Shown: positions 24,614 through 38,180 of the stretch, piece after piece
Layout: each line of letters begins with the position of its first letter
How positions within the stretch are numbered: position 1 is the first letter of the stretch
Source of the DNA: Octopus sinensis
Taxonomy: Eukaryota
Assembly: GCF_006345805.1 (NCBI RefSeq)
Contig: NW_021832283.1
Location: 1 to 58,859, forward strand
Length of the DNA stretch: 58,859 nt
Reading direction: 5' to 3'
Notes under the pieces: model-generated
What the model was told of the DNA's origin: nothing
Databases searched by the model: none
The model's input: the letters and a program-made list of their open reading frames with translations, nothing else
Position numbers and translations under genes: made by a program

Positions 24614-27600
24614 ATGATGCTTAAATTAGGTTGTGTGAATCCGCGTGGCTTGGCGTCGGCTTGGAAGCAAGGTTACCTCTAAACGACATCAAGTCACTGA
24701 ACGTGGATATAGTATCTATCAGTGAAACCAGACTCAGCAAGCCGCAGGCCCTCGCGTCCATGTTTGGCGATCAATTCGACATTTATTTTTCTCCTTGTCT
24801 GCCGAACAAGGGTGGTGGAGGTACCGCGGTCCTTTTTCGAAAGAGTCTAAATGTAAAAGTAAGAACAATATTCCTAGACCCGGAGGGTAGGCTGGTTGTC
24901 TTGGACGTGGGTGGCAGAAATGGGTGTGCATTCCGTCTCATGGCAGTTTATGCACCGTCCTTAACGGGTCGGGCGGATTTCTTCAGACGTCTAGAGGTTT
25001 TCCTGGGTACGTCTAGACCTTTACTGTTAGTAGGGGATTGGAACGCTACCTTGGACACGCGTCTACAATATGTAGGAATGGATAGGAATAGAAGGGGTGT
25101 AAGTGCCTCAAAGACCTACTCAGACGTTTTCATTTGTCTGACAGGTTCCGACTCGACCATCCGAACGTGCCAACGTGGACTTGGACAAACCGCATCGGAT
25201 CGTCGAGATCTTATCTAGATAGAATTCTATGCAAGACAGCGGATAGGGATAGTGTAGGATGTCCACAATTTAAAATAGTCAGCTACACAGATCACAAATT
25301 TGTGACGTGTACGCTCGACTTAGATAAGACACATAGACAGGGTCCCGGTTACTGGAAACTGAACACGTCGCTCTTAGCGCGACAGGTTTACAGGAACCGG
25401 ATTAGCGAGTTAATTAAGAGGGCGCTGACGGGAGCCGTCGTTAACAACCGCTGGTAGATCGCCCTGAAAATGGCAATAAAATCGGAATCAATTAGGTTTA
25501 GCAAGGAATTAGCGATAGATCGAAATAGAGTAGAGGGAGACCTGGTTAAGAAACTAGAAGAGGCACTTACCACTGGCAGCGCAACCAACGTGCTGTCTGC
25601 GAGGATGGCCCTCGACCAAAACCTCAACTCCAAGCACGAAGGTTGCGTCGTCTGAGCTAAAATGCGTGCCTTAAGGAACGAAGGGATCGAAGTTGCGCGA
25701 GAGGCCCGGGTAGCGGAGGCGCAGCGTGACAACAGAGCCACCATTCGGTCTCTAATAGATCAACAGGGATGCAGTTTACTCGAACCCGAAAGGATGTGTG
25801 AGGCCTTTCAACAGCACTTTGCTCGACTGTTTGGTGCGAGTGGTGGGTCGGAACGCGGGATGGATTTCAGTGCCTACCTGACCGACCTGCCGCGGCAAGA
25901 GAAGCGGAGTGTTGTGAAAGTCCCATCACAGCCGCTGACGTGCGGGATGCGATGGCGGGCTAAGCGAGGGATAAATCGCCTGGATTGGATGGTTTACCCT
26001 ATGGGCTGTATTGTCAAATGCCAGACTTGTTTGGCGACCTCTTGGCATCAGTCTACTGCAACTGGCAACAAAACGGGAGAATCCCCGGTTTCGTGAGCCG
26101 AGGTGCTGTGACGTTGCTGAAGAAAGACCCAAACAAGGAGAATTTTATAGATAATTTCAGGCCCATCACTCTGCTCAACGCAGATTTGAAAATTTTGGCC
26201 AAAGTAATAGCCGAGAGGTTGGCGCTTGTCATCGGTAAACTGGTCGACAGGGCGCAAACATGCGCCGTGCCGGGCAGAACCTCACACAACAACCTCCATC
26301 TGATACGCTACATTGTGGACAAGGTAGTTAAGGATCCTGACATGTGTGGGGCGCTGATCAATTTGGATCAGTCTAAAGCCTTCGATAGTGTCGACCATCG
26401 GTACTTGGCGGCCGTCGTCAGGGCGGCTGGCTTCGGTCCCGTCTTCCGCGGTGGATCGCTGCCTTGTATAGCGGCATCCGATCGATGATTCAGGTGAACG
26501 GTCACCTGTCGAAACCGTTTGACATCACGCGTTCGGTTCGTCAGGGGTGTCCCCTGTCGGGGCTTCTGTATGTATTGACTCCCGAGCCGCTACTGCGGAA
26601 GCTGGCGACACTGAGGGGCATCCCACGGGAACTGGGTTGCGGGACGAGCGTGTCGGCATATGCGGACGGTGTCGCCGTCATAGTGTCGAGCGAAAAACAC
26701 ATCCAGATGATAGTCGATACACTAAGAAAATACGAAACGGTGACGGGAGCGTAGATTAACCCGGAAAAGTCAGTGGGTTTGCTACTCGGCACCTGGAGAA
26801 GCAAGCCCATGCCGTCCGACTGCGGCTCAGTAGTGGGACGCTGGACGGACGGACCGGTTAAATTGCTCGGGGTCTGGTTCAGTCCGGACCTCCAAATGGA
26901 TAAGAACTGGGACGAGATCAGGAGTAGAGTGGTCGCTCTCAGCCAAACATGGGCCGAGAGAAAGCTGTCTCTAAAAGGTCGGGCGGAGGTGGCAAACGCG
27001 TACATCGCATCCGTCATCGATTACCGCCTCACTGTCGTGCCTTGTCCCGACGCCACCATCACCAAACTGGAGCGCATACTCTTCCGCTTCCTGTGGAAGG
27101 GTGGCGTTCCGATGGTGAGGAAGTTCATTAGCTGTCAACATCCGTTGAATGGAGGACTGGGCTTGCCGTGGTTGATGATGCGCAGACATGTGCTGAGACT
27201 GCGACATCTCTGGAACTTCATCGATGACGGTGAACAGGTGTGGGCGCCGTTTGTGAGGCGCGCCTTCCCGCAGCTCGTCTCACTGATCGAACTGCAAACG
27301 TGGATCAAGAAGAGACCGAAACTAGGCGATTGGCACCAAGAGTGTCGCCAAGCTCTACAGCAGCTCTGCCGACCGGGGTCAAACTTGTGCAACTTACGAA
27401 CGACTAAAGCGTTCTATAGAGGACTAGTGGAGGAGAGGTCCGACGACACACTCGGGGCAAACCTGGGCATCGACGAGAAATTTCTAACACGCCTGTTCAG
27501 AACGACGTTCGGGCCGGGGCCTATGGATATCTTCCAGAAATCCCTGGCTTAGCAGTGCTATCGAGACGCACTACCTGTTCGAGAGAAGAGCTACAGGCAC

Positions 27601-28044
27601 GGTTCGAAAACCATCACCGGACCGACCTGCCCAAGATGCGGTCAGAGCGACGAAACTGTTCTGCACGCACTCGTGAAGTGTCCAGATATTTCAGAGCTGT
27701 GGACCTTCGTCGAACAGCTGTCGTCGTGTGTAGAACGGGCCCGCTTATCGGCCGAGTCTGTCGTGAATATTGTTCCACCACCTTCCTTTAAACGGGAAGG
27801 GAAAACAGCTTTCGTTACGCTGATGGCTATGGCGAAAGAATGTGTGTGGTGGACGCGTTTGAAAGGACTGCAAACAAACACCCTCTCTGGTCAGTCTCTC
27901 GTCAACTTTTTCAAGTACCACTTGAAAAGGAGGATGAGAATAGAGAGGAAGGCTTTGTCGAACGAATGTTTTAATAAAAAGTGGGTAAAAGTGGCAAAAA
28001 TGGTCAGTATGAAAGACGACACTATTTTAAGCGTAAATCTGTAA
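24614..28044 (+). pseudogene. Tx1 ORF2: APE endonuclease + reverse transcriptase + C-terminal zinc motif, multiply disrupted
   Basis: ISETR, VYAP, GDWN, SYLDRI, TDHK, GYWKLN, FRPITLLNADLKILAK, DQSKAFD, RQGCPLS, YADG (26659-26670, D>G), CPRCGQSDETVLHALVKC; stops at about 25455, 25653, 26752, 27550. Confidence 0.93.
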
Positions 28045-28334
28045 CCAAAAGAGACATCGAGATGTAAGGTGACTTACTCATGTGTTCATTTTCGAACTGT
28101 CTGAGGTGACCTTGGTCTTTTTTGTAGGTTTTTCTTTCCAAGGCTACACCTAAACTGTGAACTTTATATATATATATATTGCTTTTTTATACACCACGCA
28201 ACCCACAGATCCCTATTGATCAAACGTTTTATTTTTTTGTGTCTCACCCATCCCACCTCGAAAAGAAAAAATTCTACATTGTATTTCGTCCATTTTTATT
28301 CTGTGTTTAGCCCTGTGTGGCTACAATAAAAAGT

Positions 28335-28364
28335 TATCTATCTATCTATCTATCTATCCACGTG

Positions 28365-28444
<80 letters not shown>

Positions 28445-28494
28445 ATCTATCTATCTATCTATCTACCTATCTGTCTTTCTATCTATCTATTTTG

Positions 28495-28573
<79 letters not shown>

Positions 28574-28600
28574 ATATATAATATATATATATATATACAT
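28335..28600. repeat. (TATC)n then (TA)n, 3' flank of Tx1 copy B
   Basis: Direct reading. Confidence 0.95.
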
Positions 28601-28907
28601 ATGTAACACGTAGATATACACATACATTAACTTCTCCTCCCATCCTACCCACATCAAGCTACATCCTCTACTCCGAATTCATCCGTCTGTGCAGGCTCTG
28701 TTGTGAAACCATGACTTTGAGACTTAGTCTCAACTCATGGCTTGCCATTTCACCCTTCGTGGATATCCCCTCACACTATCTACACAGCCCTTGCCAGAGC
28801 ACGTTCCGTAGACCGTGCCTCTGCTCTCTGTCCCCCTACCCCCACCCAATGCCGTTAGATATATATAATCTTCTATCTAATATTGAGGTCTCATCTTTTG
28901 TTGTTAC

Positions 28908-28908
<1 letters not shown>

Positions 28909-28994
<86 letters not shown>

Positions 28995-29001
28995 TATTAT
29001 T
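28909..29001. repeat. (TTA)n, 3' flank of Dong-like copy C
   Basis: Direct reading. Confidence 0.97.
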
Positions 29002-32000
29002 CAGTAGTTTTATTTTATAGCGTGCTTTCACTTCACTACCGAGCGCAGCTCTGTGTGCCTTGGGTATGTGCTGTGATTTGTTGTGATGCTCTGATGGCTA
29101 TTGTATGGAAAGTGTTCTGCGTAGGATGTGTGCAGTGCCTAGTAGTGCAATTTTCTCTATGTTATATGTGTTTGTAAGTCCTGGTGTTTTTGTTATGTAT
29201 TTGTCTGAATATTTTTTTATCATGCCTAATGCACCTACTATGAGGAATTGTTTCTGTTTTCAGGTTCCACATTCTAGTTACCTCTATTTCCAGGTCTTTG
29301 TATTTTGAGAGTTTCTCCATTTCTTTTAGAGAAAGTTGTCATCTGCCGGTATTGATACATCAATTAGAAAGCATTTTTTTCTTCATGATCTCTGACAACT
29401 ATATCTGGTCTGTTGGCCTTAATTTCTCTATCTGTGTGCATCGGCATATCCCAGAGTATGGTTGTTTTCTTGTTTTCTGTGACCTTTTCTGGTGTGTGCC
29501 TATACCATCTTTTTTCTGTTGTTATTCCATAATGTTGGCATAGCTTCCAATGTATGTAGGTTCCATCTCTGTCATGTCTGTGAATATATTCCTTCTTAAC
29601 CAGGACTGGGCAGCTAGAGATAATATGATTTATTGTTTCTTGTCCATCTCCACATATTCTGCAGTTACTTGTTATATTTCTTTTCATTACATGTTTTTGG
29701 TAATTTCTTGTGGGGAGGCTTTGGTCTTGTGCTGCAATTAAAAATCCCTCTGTCTCTGCTTTGAGTCCTGAGCTTCTCAACCATTGTTGGGATTTTTCTT
29801 TGTCTATTTCTTTTGCATTTCGTTTAATGCAGTATTTGCCATGAAGGGGCTTTTCTTGACATCGTTTTATCATGATTCGTTGCTGTTCTATTTTTAGTTT
29901 GGATTTCATTTGTTTTATAGCTTTTGTTGTTTCTTCATCTTCTTCTTCATATTTATTAGGTGGTATGATTTCTTGTTTGTATTTGTCAGCTTCCTTAAAT
30001 ACTGAGAACAGTTTTTTGTTTTGATCATGTTTTGCCGCTATTTGTATCAGTTTTCCTTCCTTCTGAAGTAGATATTTTTGCAGTCCTATGGTGGTTATTT
30101 TATAGTAGATTTCCAGCTGTATAAGGCCTCTACCACCTTCTATACGTTGTATATATAGTCTTTCTATGTCAGATTTTGGGTGATGCATCCTAGATCCTGC
30201 CATTATTTTTCTTGCTTTCCTATTTTGGTCAGTTCATTTAGTGTCCAGTTAAGGATATTGTAGCTGTAACTTATAACTGGGTCAGCTAAAGTGTTAATAC
30301 CTATTATCTTGTTTTTAGCATTGAGCTCTGTTTTTAGTATTGATCTAACTCGTCTATAATATTCTTTTTTTATTTTCTCTTTCATTTGTCTAGTTCATGT
30401 CTAGTTCTTTCATTTATCTAGTTCATGGACTCCTAAGTATTTGTAAGTTTGGCTTTGGTCTAATTCTTTTATTTCATTGGTTTTATCTAGTGTGATGTTG
30501 CTACTCTTAACTAGTTTTCCTCTTTTCATGGTTACTTTGGCGCATTTTTCTAATCCAAATTTCATATCTATTTCTTTGGTAAATCCATGAACTGTCTTTA
30601 ATAGTGTGTCCAGCTTTTTGTCATTGGCAGCGTATAGTTTTAGGTCATCCATATATAAAAAGTGGCTGATCGTTTTGCCGTAACATTTATATCCGCATCT
30701 AGTTCTATTTAGCATATCAGATAGAGGTGACAGTGCCAAGAAGAAAAGGAGTGGAGAGAGCGTATCTCCCTGGAATATTCCTCTTCTAATGGGGATGTCT
30801 TTGGTTTTCATGAGTCCCTCTTTTGTTTGGAGCTGTAGCACTGTTTGCCATTTATTCATAGAGTGCCCTATGAATTTTATACGTGTTGGTGCTACTTTGT
30901 TAATGGCTAGTGTTTCGAGGATCCATGTGTGGGAGATGCTATCAAACGCCTTTTTGTAGTCGATCCAGTCCATACTGAGGCCTTTCTTCTTTCTGTGGCT
31001 GTCTTCAGTTGCGGCTTTACTAATCATTAGTTGATCTTTACAGCCATATGAGCCTTTGCGGCATCCTTTCTGCTCTTCTGGAAACAGGTTGTTTTCGTCC
31101 AGGTGCTTGTTCAACTTTTGTGATATCACTGCAGTAAATGCCTTGTACATTGTAGGGAGACAGGTTATTGGTCCGTAGTTTTCTGGTTTTGCTGTCTCAT
31201 TTGATTTGGGAATTAAGATGGTTTTCCCCCTCGTGAGACATTCAGGCATTGTCTCTCGCTCTGCTAGTATGTTGTTAAAGTTTTCAGCCAGCTTTTTGTG
31301 CATTCCTATTAGATATTTCAACCAGAAGTTGGGGATCTTGTCATGCCCAGGTGCCTTCCAGTTGCTTAGTCTTTGCAGTGCCTGGGTGACCTCTTCAGTT
31401 GTTATGGGTGTCCAAAGTTGCTCAGATGCTGACTTTGTTGTTTTAATACTCCTTTTTTTTTGGGCTGTTCGTTCGCCGACCATATTTCTCTCCAGAATTC
31501 TTCCACTTCTTCTGCCGTTGGTGCTGCAGTGATTTCTATTTTATTTTTGCCCAGTTCTTGGTAGAACTTTTTGGGGTTGGAGTTGAACTTTTTGTTTTGT
31601 TCAAAGAAGCGCTGGCGTTTCTCGTACCGGCGGATCCTTTGTGCTTTGGCAAGGATATCTTGCTTCAGCTTTTCTTTTATCTCAAGTAATCTTTTTCTGT
31701 GATGTTATATTTGCGGAGTATTTTTGTTTTCTTTTTGTTGCTCAGTAGCGTTGATTGTCTACTGATTTCATTAAGGATCGACAGATCTTTTCTCATTTTT
31801 TGTACTTTGTTTTGGATGTTATTTATCCACAGGGTCTGTTTGGGTGGTGGCACTCCTGTTTGGATGGGTTTGATTGAGTATCCAGCTTCTTTTGTGGCTG
31901 CAGTGGCTGCTGCGTATACTAAGTCATTTAGCTCAGTGATATCGCTTTTTGTTTCAGTGGCTATTAATTCCGTGACGGCTAGGTTTATGCTGTTTATGAT

Positions 32001-33106
32001 TGGTGTTGTTGTTTCGTCTATTTTGATTTTTGGGAGGTATGGTCGGTGGTCTATTTTGAGCTCTGTGGTATTCAGTTCTTTGATTATTTTACTTTTTATA
32101 TTATCATAATCATTAGGCTCCCCTTCGTTCTTTCCAGGTTTTAGCTTTGTGTCGCTTTCTTTCTTATTTATATGTTTGTTTGCCGTGTTTTGGCTTGCTG
32201 TTTGTCGTGTATTATTATGCATCCTTACGGTCTGGGTTTGTTGTTTTTTGTTTATATCGTGTTTGTTGGGAATGTTACGTTTGTCTTCGTGTTTTACTGT
32301 TTCAGTGTTTATATTATTGGGCATTGTTGTGTGGCTTCTATCTACATTTTCCTCCTGTATTTTTTCTTTTAGATGTTCTGTTTCTATTTCTGATATTTTT
32401 TTTGCGTTGAGAATGTATCTTCGTACGTTAGCTAATTTATTAGGGTTCATTTCTGTATCGAAGTCTATATTTATGTTATTTTCCTTCCATATTTAATATG
32501 TATGTGTTGTTGTGTTTTCATTTTTGGGGTAGAGCACTGCTGTGAAGTATGCGTGTAGGATAGAAATGTATTCCTCACGTGTCCATTTATGTCTTTTGGG
32601 TTTTATTTGCGGGACATGAGGATCAACGTCTGGCCCATTATTTTGACGGTCGTCATTTTCGTAGGGTACCGGTCCGTTCATTTCAGTTGTCACATTTTTT
32701 TGCAAGTGTAGTTTTTCGTACATTTTGTGTTGTAAGTTTAAAGTACGTACCTCCCGATTGTTATTCTTAGGTTGAATAATATCGGTGGTATTTAATTTCT
32801 TCGTAGTTCCTTTGTACATGGTGTTTGGGGTCGGGGATGATCTGTTGTTGATGGATCGTAATGTATCACGCATGTTTACAAGTGTTGTGTTAGAGGTGGA
32901 GATGATATCGAGTCAAAATACATCATTTCGTTTCGAAAATAGTAATAAATTTCAATTAGTATTACTTACTCGGATACAGTCCAATCCTTTGTTAGAAAAT
33001 CTTTGGCTTCATACGATGTCCTTGTCTTCGATGTTTGTGAATAGATTCGGAGCTCTGTTTTATCCTTCTTACATCATAAACGTCCCCTGGTGTTCTTTTC
33101 TTCTTC
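29002..33106 (-). mobile_element. full-length R4/Dong-like non-LTR retrotransposon copy C in (TAA)n
   Basis: Single-ORF layout with Myb-like KWTREEY, RT (DYKKAFD, QGDTLSPLL, YMDDLK), CRICGDGQETINHIISSC, NRPDIVV restriction-like endonuclease; TAA tracts on both sides. Confidence 0.93.
29098..32873 (-). pseudogene. Dong/R4-type ORF (RT + RLE), fragmented
   Basis: ORF pieces 32493-32873, 31677-32450, 30410-31483, 30203-30385, 29364-30203. Confidence 0.9.
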
Positions 33107-33458
<352 letters not shown>

Positions 33459-33964
33459 CAGCAGTTTTATTTTTACAGCGTGCTTTCACTTCACTACCGA
33501 GCGCAGCTCTGTGTGCCTTGGGTATGTGCTATGATTTGTTGTGATGCTCTGATGGTTACTGTATTGAAAGTGTTCTGCGTAGGATGTGTGCAGTGCCTAG
33601 TAGTGCTATTTTCTGTATGTTATATGTGTTTGTAAGTCCTGGTGTTTTTGTTATGCATTTGTCTGAATAATTTTTTATCATGCCTATTGCACCTACTATA
33701 ATAGGATTTGTTTCTGTTTTTAGATTCCACATTCTAGTTACCTCTATTTCCAGGTCTTTGTATTTTGAAAGTTTCTCCATTTCTTTTAGAGACACGTTGT
33801 CATCTGCTGGTATTGATACATCAATTATAAAGAATTTTTTTCTTCACGATCCCTGACAACTATATCTGGTCTGTTAGCCTTAATTTCTCTATCTGTGTGT
33901 ATTGGCATATCCCATAGTATGGTTGCTTTCTCGTTTTCTGTGACCTTTTCTGGTGTGTGCCTAT
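33459..33964 (-). mobile_element. 5'-truncated sister copy C' of Dong-like C (RLE + 3'UTR)
   Basis: Highly similar to 29002-29500; NRPDIVV and KLSKYKDLEIEVTRMW; joins the upstream TAA tract at ctat microhomology. Confidence 0.92.
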
Positions 33965-33965
33965 T

Positions 33966-34037
<72 letters not shown>

Positions 34038-34593
34038 GAGTGAGAGAGCCGTGCATGCCATCAAAGTGACACTGGAGTAAAATATACGAAGCCCAATATA
34101 CCCATCATGACTACCCGTCTGATAAGGTTGCACCGGGCACATGCATCACAACCATATGTGCGCGACATGGTGATCTCATATCAAGATAAACAGCACATGA
34201 CCTTGCAGGTGGGGCCCAGTTAGAAATTTCTTCCAGGTTGAGTAGCCCATCCCGCTCAAAAGTTCCCTGAATAAGGGTGTTTAAGGATGTTGAAAGAATC
34301 ACCCATGTTTCCAGAGGTGAATTATTCAAACCCCAAATAATCCCTCTCAACACTGGCTATGATGCTCCCCCCACTACTTCTGCTCGTGATCAGAGATGCA
34401 CATATCGTCAGCCACTAAGGGACATGCTCAACTGGTTAAAGTCAAACAACTGACAAGCAAATCTGTGGTTTTGAGCAGAATATTTGCTGTAGCCCATCTT
34501 TTATACCAAGACAAAACAATGTACATGATAACACTTCCAATCAGTTAAGATCAGAAGCCATGAGAGCCACTGCCTGGTACTGCATCAGGGCAT
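34038..34593 (-). mobile_element. unclassified 556-bp non-coding element embedded in (TAA)n; putative non-autonomous Dong partner
   Basis: Complex sequence with sharp boundaries between two TTA tracts; no recognisable ORF or tRNA head; strand assigned by analogy with neighbours. Confidence 0.6.
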
Positions 34594-34601
34594 TTATTAT
34601 T

Positions 34602-34667
<66 letters not shown>

Positions 34668-34718
34668 ATTATTATTATTATTGTTGTTATTATTATTATT
34701 TTATTATTATTATTATTA

Positions 34719-34752
<34 letters not shown>

Positions 34753-34775
34753 ATTATTATATTATTATTATTATT

Positions 34776-34821
<46 letters not shown>

Positions 34822-34967
34822 GCATCATCATCATCATCATTATTATTATTATTATTACTATTACTATTACTATCACTATACTACTATTACTATTACTATT
34901 ATTATTACTATTACTATTACTGTTATTATTATTATTATTATTATTATCATCATCATCATCATCATTA

Positions 34968-35015
<48 letters not shown>

Positions 35016-35055
35016 CTATTTCTATTACTATTACTACTACTACTATTACTATTAC

Positions 35056-35103
<48 letters not shown>

Positions 35104-35110
35104 CATTATT

Positions 35111-35145
<35 letters not shown>

Positions 35146-35279
35146 TATCATTATTATTATTATTATTATCATTATTATTATTATTATTGTTATTATTATT
35201 ATTATTATAATTATCATTATCATTATCATCATTATCATTATCACTATCATTATCATTATTGTTATCATTATCATTATTA

Positions 35280-35355
<76 letters not shown>

Positions 35356-35366
35356 CATTATTATTC
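34594..35366. repeat. long compound (TTA)/(TCA)/(CTA)n tract
   Basis: Direct reading. Confidence 0.95.
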
Positions 35367-38180
35367 CTTCTTTCTTCAAATTTTCTTCCGTTTCTCACTG
35401 AGTGTTTTCCGTACACCTAGGGCAGAGAAGCTCATTGTATGCATTCCCAGATTACACACGCAAATTCACATATAAAATATATTTTAAAAAATGTAATGAA
35501 TAAATAAATTCATGAATTGATGTTGTTTTTACAGCGATAATGCACTTCTCAGTACATGAGCCGTTCCAGCTAACACGATTTTTTGCACTTTCTGTAGGGA
35601 AGGTAAAGACGATCCATGTCTGCCTTTGGATGGTGCATCTTATTACAAGTCAGTAGCTTGCTGATTTTTCTGTCAATTTTCATTATTTCGCTGGTATTTC
35701 AGATAAGCATAAAGAACAACTGGGACTGCTAAGGAATTTATTGCTAACACCTTATTAAATGCATTCAGTTCAGACTTGAGGACTGCTCGAACTCTTCTAT
35801 AACATTCCTTACTAACCTTCGCTTTCATGCTTACATGCTGGATACCAGAGCCTTCATTTATTCCTAGGTATTTATAGGTTTGTTCCTGCTCAAGTTCCTT
35901 TATTACTGTTTCGACAACTAATTCGATTGAGCTTGACTTTACCAATTTCCCTTTCTTAAAAGTGGCTTTGGCACACTTTTTAAGGCCAAACTCCATCCCG
36001 ATATCATCACTGAATCCTTTCACAGTATGTAAGAGTCCTTCAAGCTCTTCGTCATCCTTACACTATAGTTTTAAATCATCCATATAAAATAGATGGCTTA
36101 TTTTCCTGTTGTCAATTTTGTAGCCATACCCTGTTCTATTCAGTTCACTTGAGAGTGGTATTAGTGCTATGCAGAAAATTAGTGGTGAAAGTGAGTCACC
36201 TTGGAAAATGCCATAGTTTATGCCAATATTGTTTGAGCGCAATACTCCATTAGAATGATATAATTGGAGCTTCGTGTTCCATAGTGACATATACTTTAAA
36301 AAATCTGAAATCAAAGGAGAAATTTTGAAAATGTCTAGCTATTTCAGAATCCACGAATGTGGTATGCTGTCAAAGGCTTTTTGTAATCAATCCATGAAGA
36401 GCTGAGATTTCTGCCCTTGTTATGGCAGTTCTCAAGGATCATGCGATTAATTAGGAGCTGATCTTTGCATCCGTATGAGCCTCGTCTGCATCCCTTTTGT
36501 TTAGTTGGAAAGAGATTATTCTCTTCCATAAACGTATATGTTTTCTCCACTACAATAGATGTCAAAATCATTTAGGTAGTAGACAAACATGTTATAGATC
36601 GGTAGTTTTTTTGGTCTTTCGTTTCGTTATTTTTGGGGAGGAGGTAAGTAACATCATTTGCTATCCAATTTTTTCCGGGTCTTTCATGATACAATTAAAT
36701 AGTATTACTAACATCTTGTGTGCGGACGAGAGTGATGAGAGCCAGAAATTTGGTAATCTATCAATACTAGAGGATTTCCACTTATAAGCCTTTGTTAGTG
36801 CCCTCCTTAGGTCGGTGATTGAGATGTCTTCCTATACTTGTTTTTGTAGATTTTTGTAGGCATCCTGGGTGCGTTTGATCCAGTCTGCATTTTCATTGTA
36901 TTGTTTCTCATCACTCCAGATCTTTTTACAAAAGCTTTCAACTTCTTCCATTAGGGGTGGATTTTCAATGGTTATTTTTTTCTTTCCATATTTCCCTGTA
37001 AAATGATTTGGCATTGGATTTGAACATCTTATTTTGTTTGTAGAATTTGATTCTTTTCTCAAATCTGCGTATTCTCTGAGCTTTTGCCTGAACTTTTTAA
37101 GTGTTTCTTTCGCTGACATTAGTTCTTCTCTTGTTGCGAGTCCATATTTTCTCACAATCTTCCTACCTTTTCTTGATCTTACATCATTTCCAGAGATTAG
37201 CTCAGTTAATATTGATATCTCCCGTCGCAGTGATTCATTTTCAGTTTCAATTCTACTCCTCCAGTCTGATTTTCTTTTCGAATTTGGTATTGCTGGCTTT
37301 TTGGGCGTTAAACAGCGTCTTTCGAATACCTTAGCAACAGAACAAATAATTTCATTTATCTTATTAAGATCGTGTTTTAGTTGTTGTATGATTTCTTGTG
37401 TAACGCAGTTGCCAATTCTTATTTGTGTTTTATGTTGGTGTGCATTTGAGAGTTTATGGAGTGGTTCCCTATCATTTATATTTGTATGCCCTACAACTGC
37501 AAGCTCATTCAGAACTTCTGTGTTGTTCAGCCAATATGTGCTCTTCAAATTCTGTTTCGACATCATTTTCCTGCCTGTTTTTTCTAGGGTCATTATATTT
37601 TCCTTTTTCTTCAGGCTCTTGAGTGACTTCGGCTGATGGTCGACCTTTCAGTCCATGCTTGTGGTCCAAAATCCCTCCCCTCTGCTTCGTTATTTCTTTC
37701 CTGACTTACATTTAGGTCATTCTCTACTACTTTTTTAATAGTGGTTAATTCTGCATCTGTGAGTCTGGTATTTCTGAAGATATCTCTTCTAACATTTTCT
37801 AATCTGTTTTCATCCAGGTTTGGTCTGCTAGCTGTATACCGGCTCCTCCAAATTCTGTAGGAGTTTGCGGTGTGTCTCTCTTGGGTTGGTCTACTTAATG
37901 CAAAGTAATAAGCATATATTACTTCTTTATATTCTTCCCGGTTCCATTTAGTTCTTTTACTCTTTTGATTTTCTGGTCGTTGTGGTGGTGAACTTTAGGG
38001 GCTTAATTTGGGACAAATCCCGTTTAAGTGACCTTCCAGGTTCGTATTCGGGGAATATATTCTGCCATTTGAAAATCTTTCGCCATCAGGCTGGCAGCCT
38101 TCTGACAGGCGCGCTTCCTGAATAACCATTGGACAAGCGATTCGGTGTACTGTTTCAAATTTTCTTTTCAAGTAAAGTTA
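35367..38180 (-). mobile_element. Dong-like copy D, both ends present, internally deleted (CCHC + RLE missing)
   Basis: ATG 38129; KWNREEYKEVIYAYY; GCKDQLLIN; QGDSLSPL; YMDDLK; MHHPKADMDRLYLP fused to SLQKVQKIVLAGTAHVLR at about 35600. Confidence 0.9.

Larger units (their letters stand above)
22490..28334 (+). mobile_element. apparently full-length Tx1/L1-clade LINE copy B inserted in (TATC)n
   Basis: 5' end gacagacgtg directly after TATC tract; ORF1 with CYNCGSAEHLIAKC; ORF2 APE-RT-zinc motif; 3'UTR ending aataaaaag then TATC tract. Confidence 0.93.

Noticed and set aside
34111-34353. 80-aa ORF inside the 556-bp element, and a CTGACGA motif in it
   Set aside because: No recognisable protein motif; no GAAA following a stem II
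38065-38175. HDV-like ribozyme at the 5' end of Dong copy D (cctgtcag...ctgatggcgaa resembles CPEB3-type P4/J4/2; gaaaattt can pair with agattttc)
   Set aside because: No P1 partner or P3/L3 could be fitted, and the segment translates as the ORF N-terminus; an RNAMotif scan of the subfamily consensus would settle it
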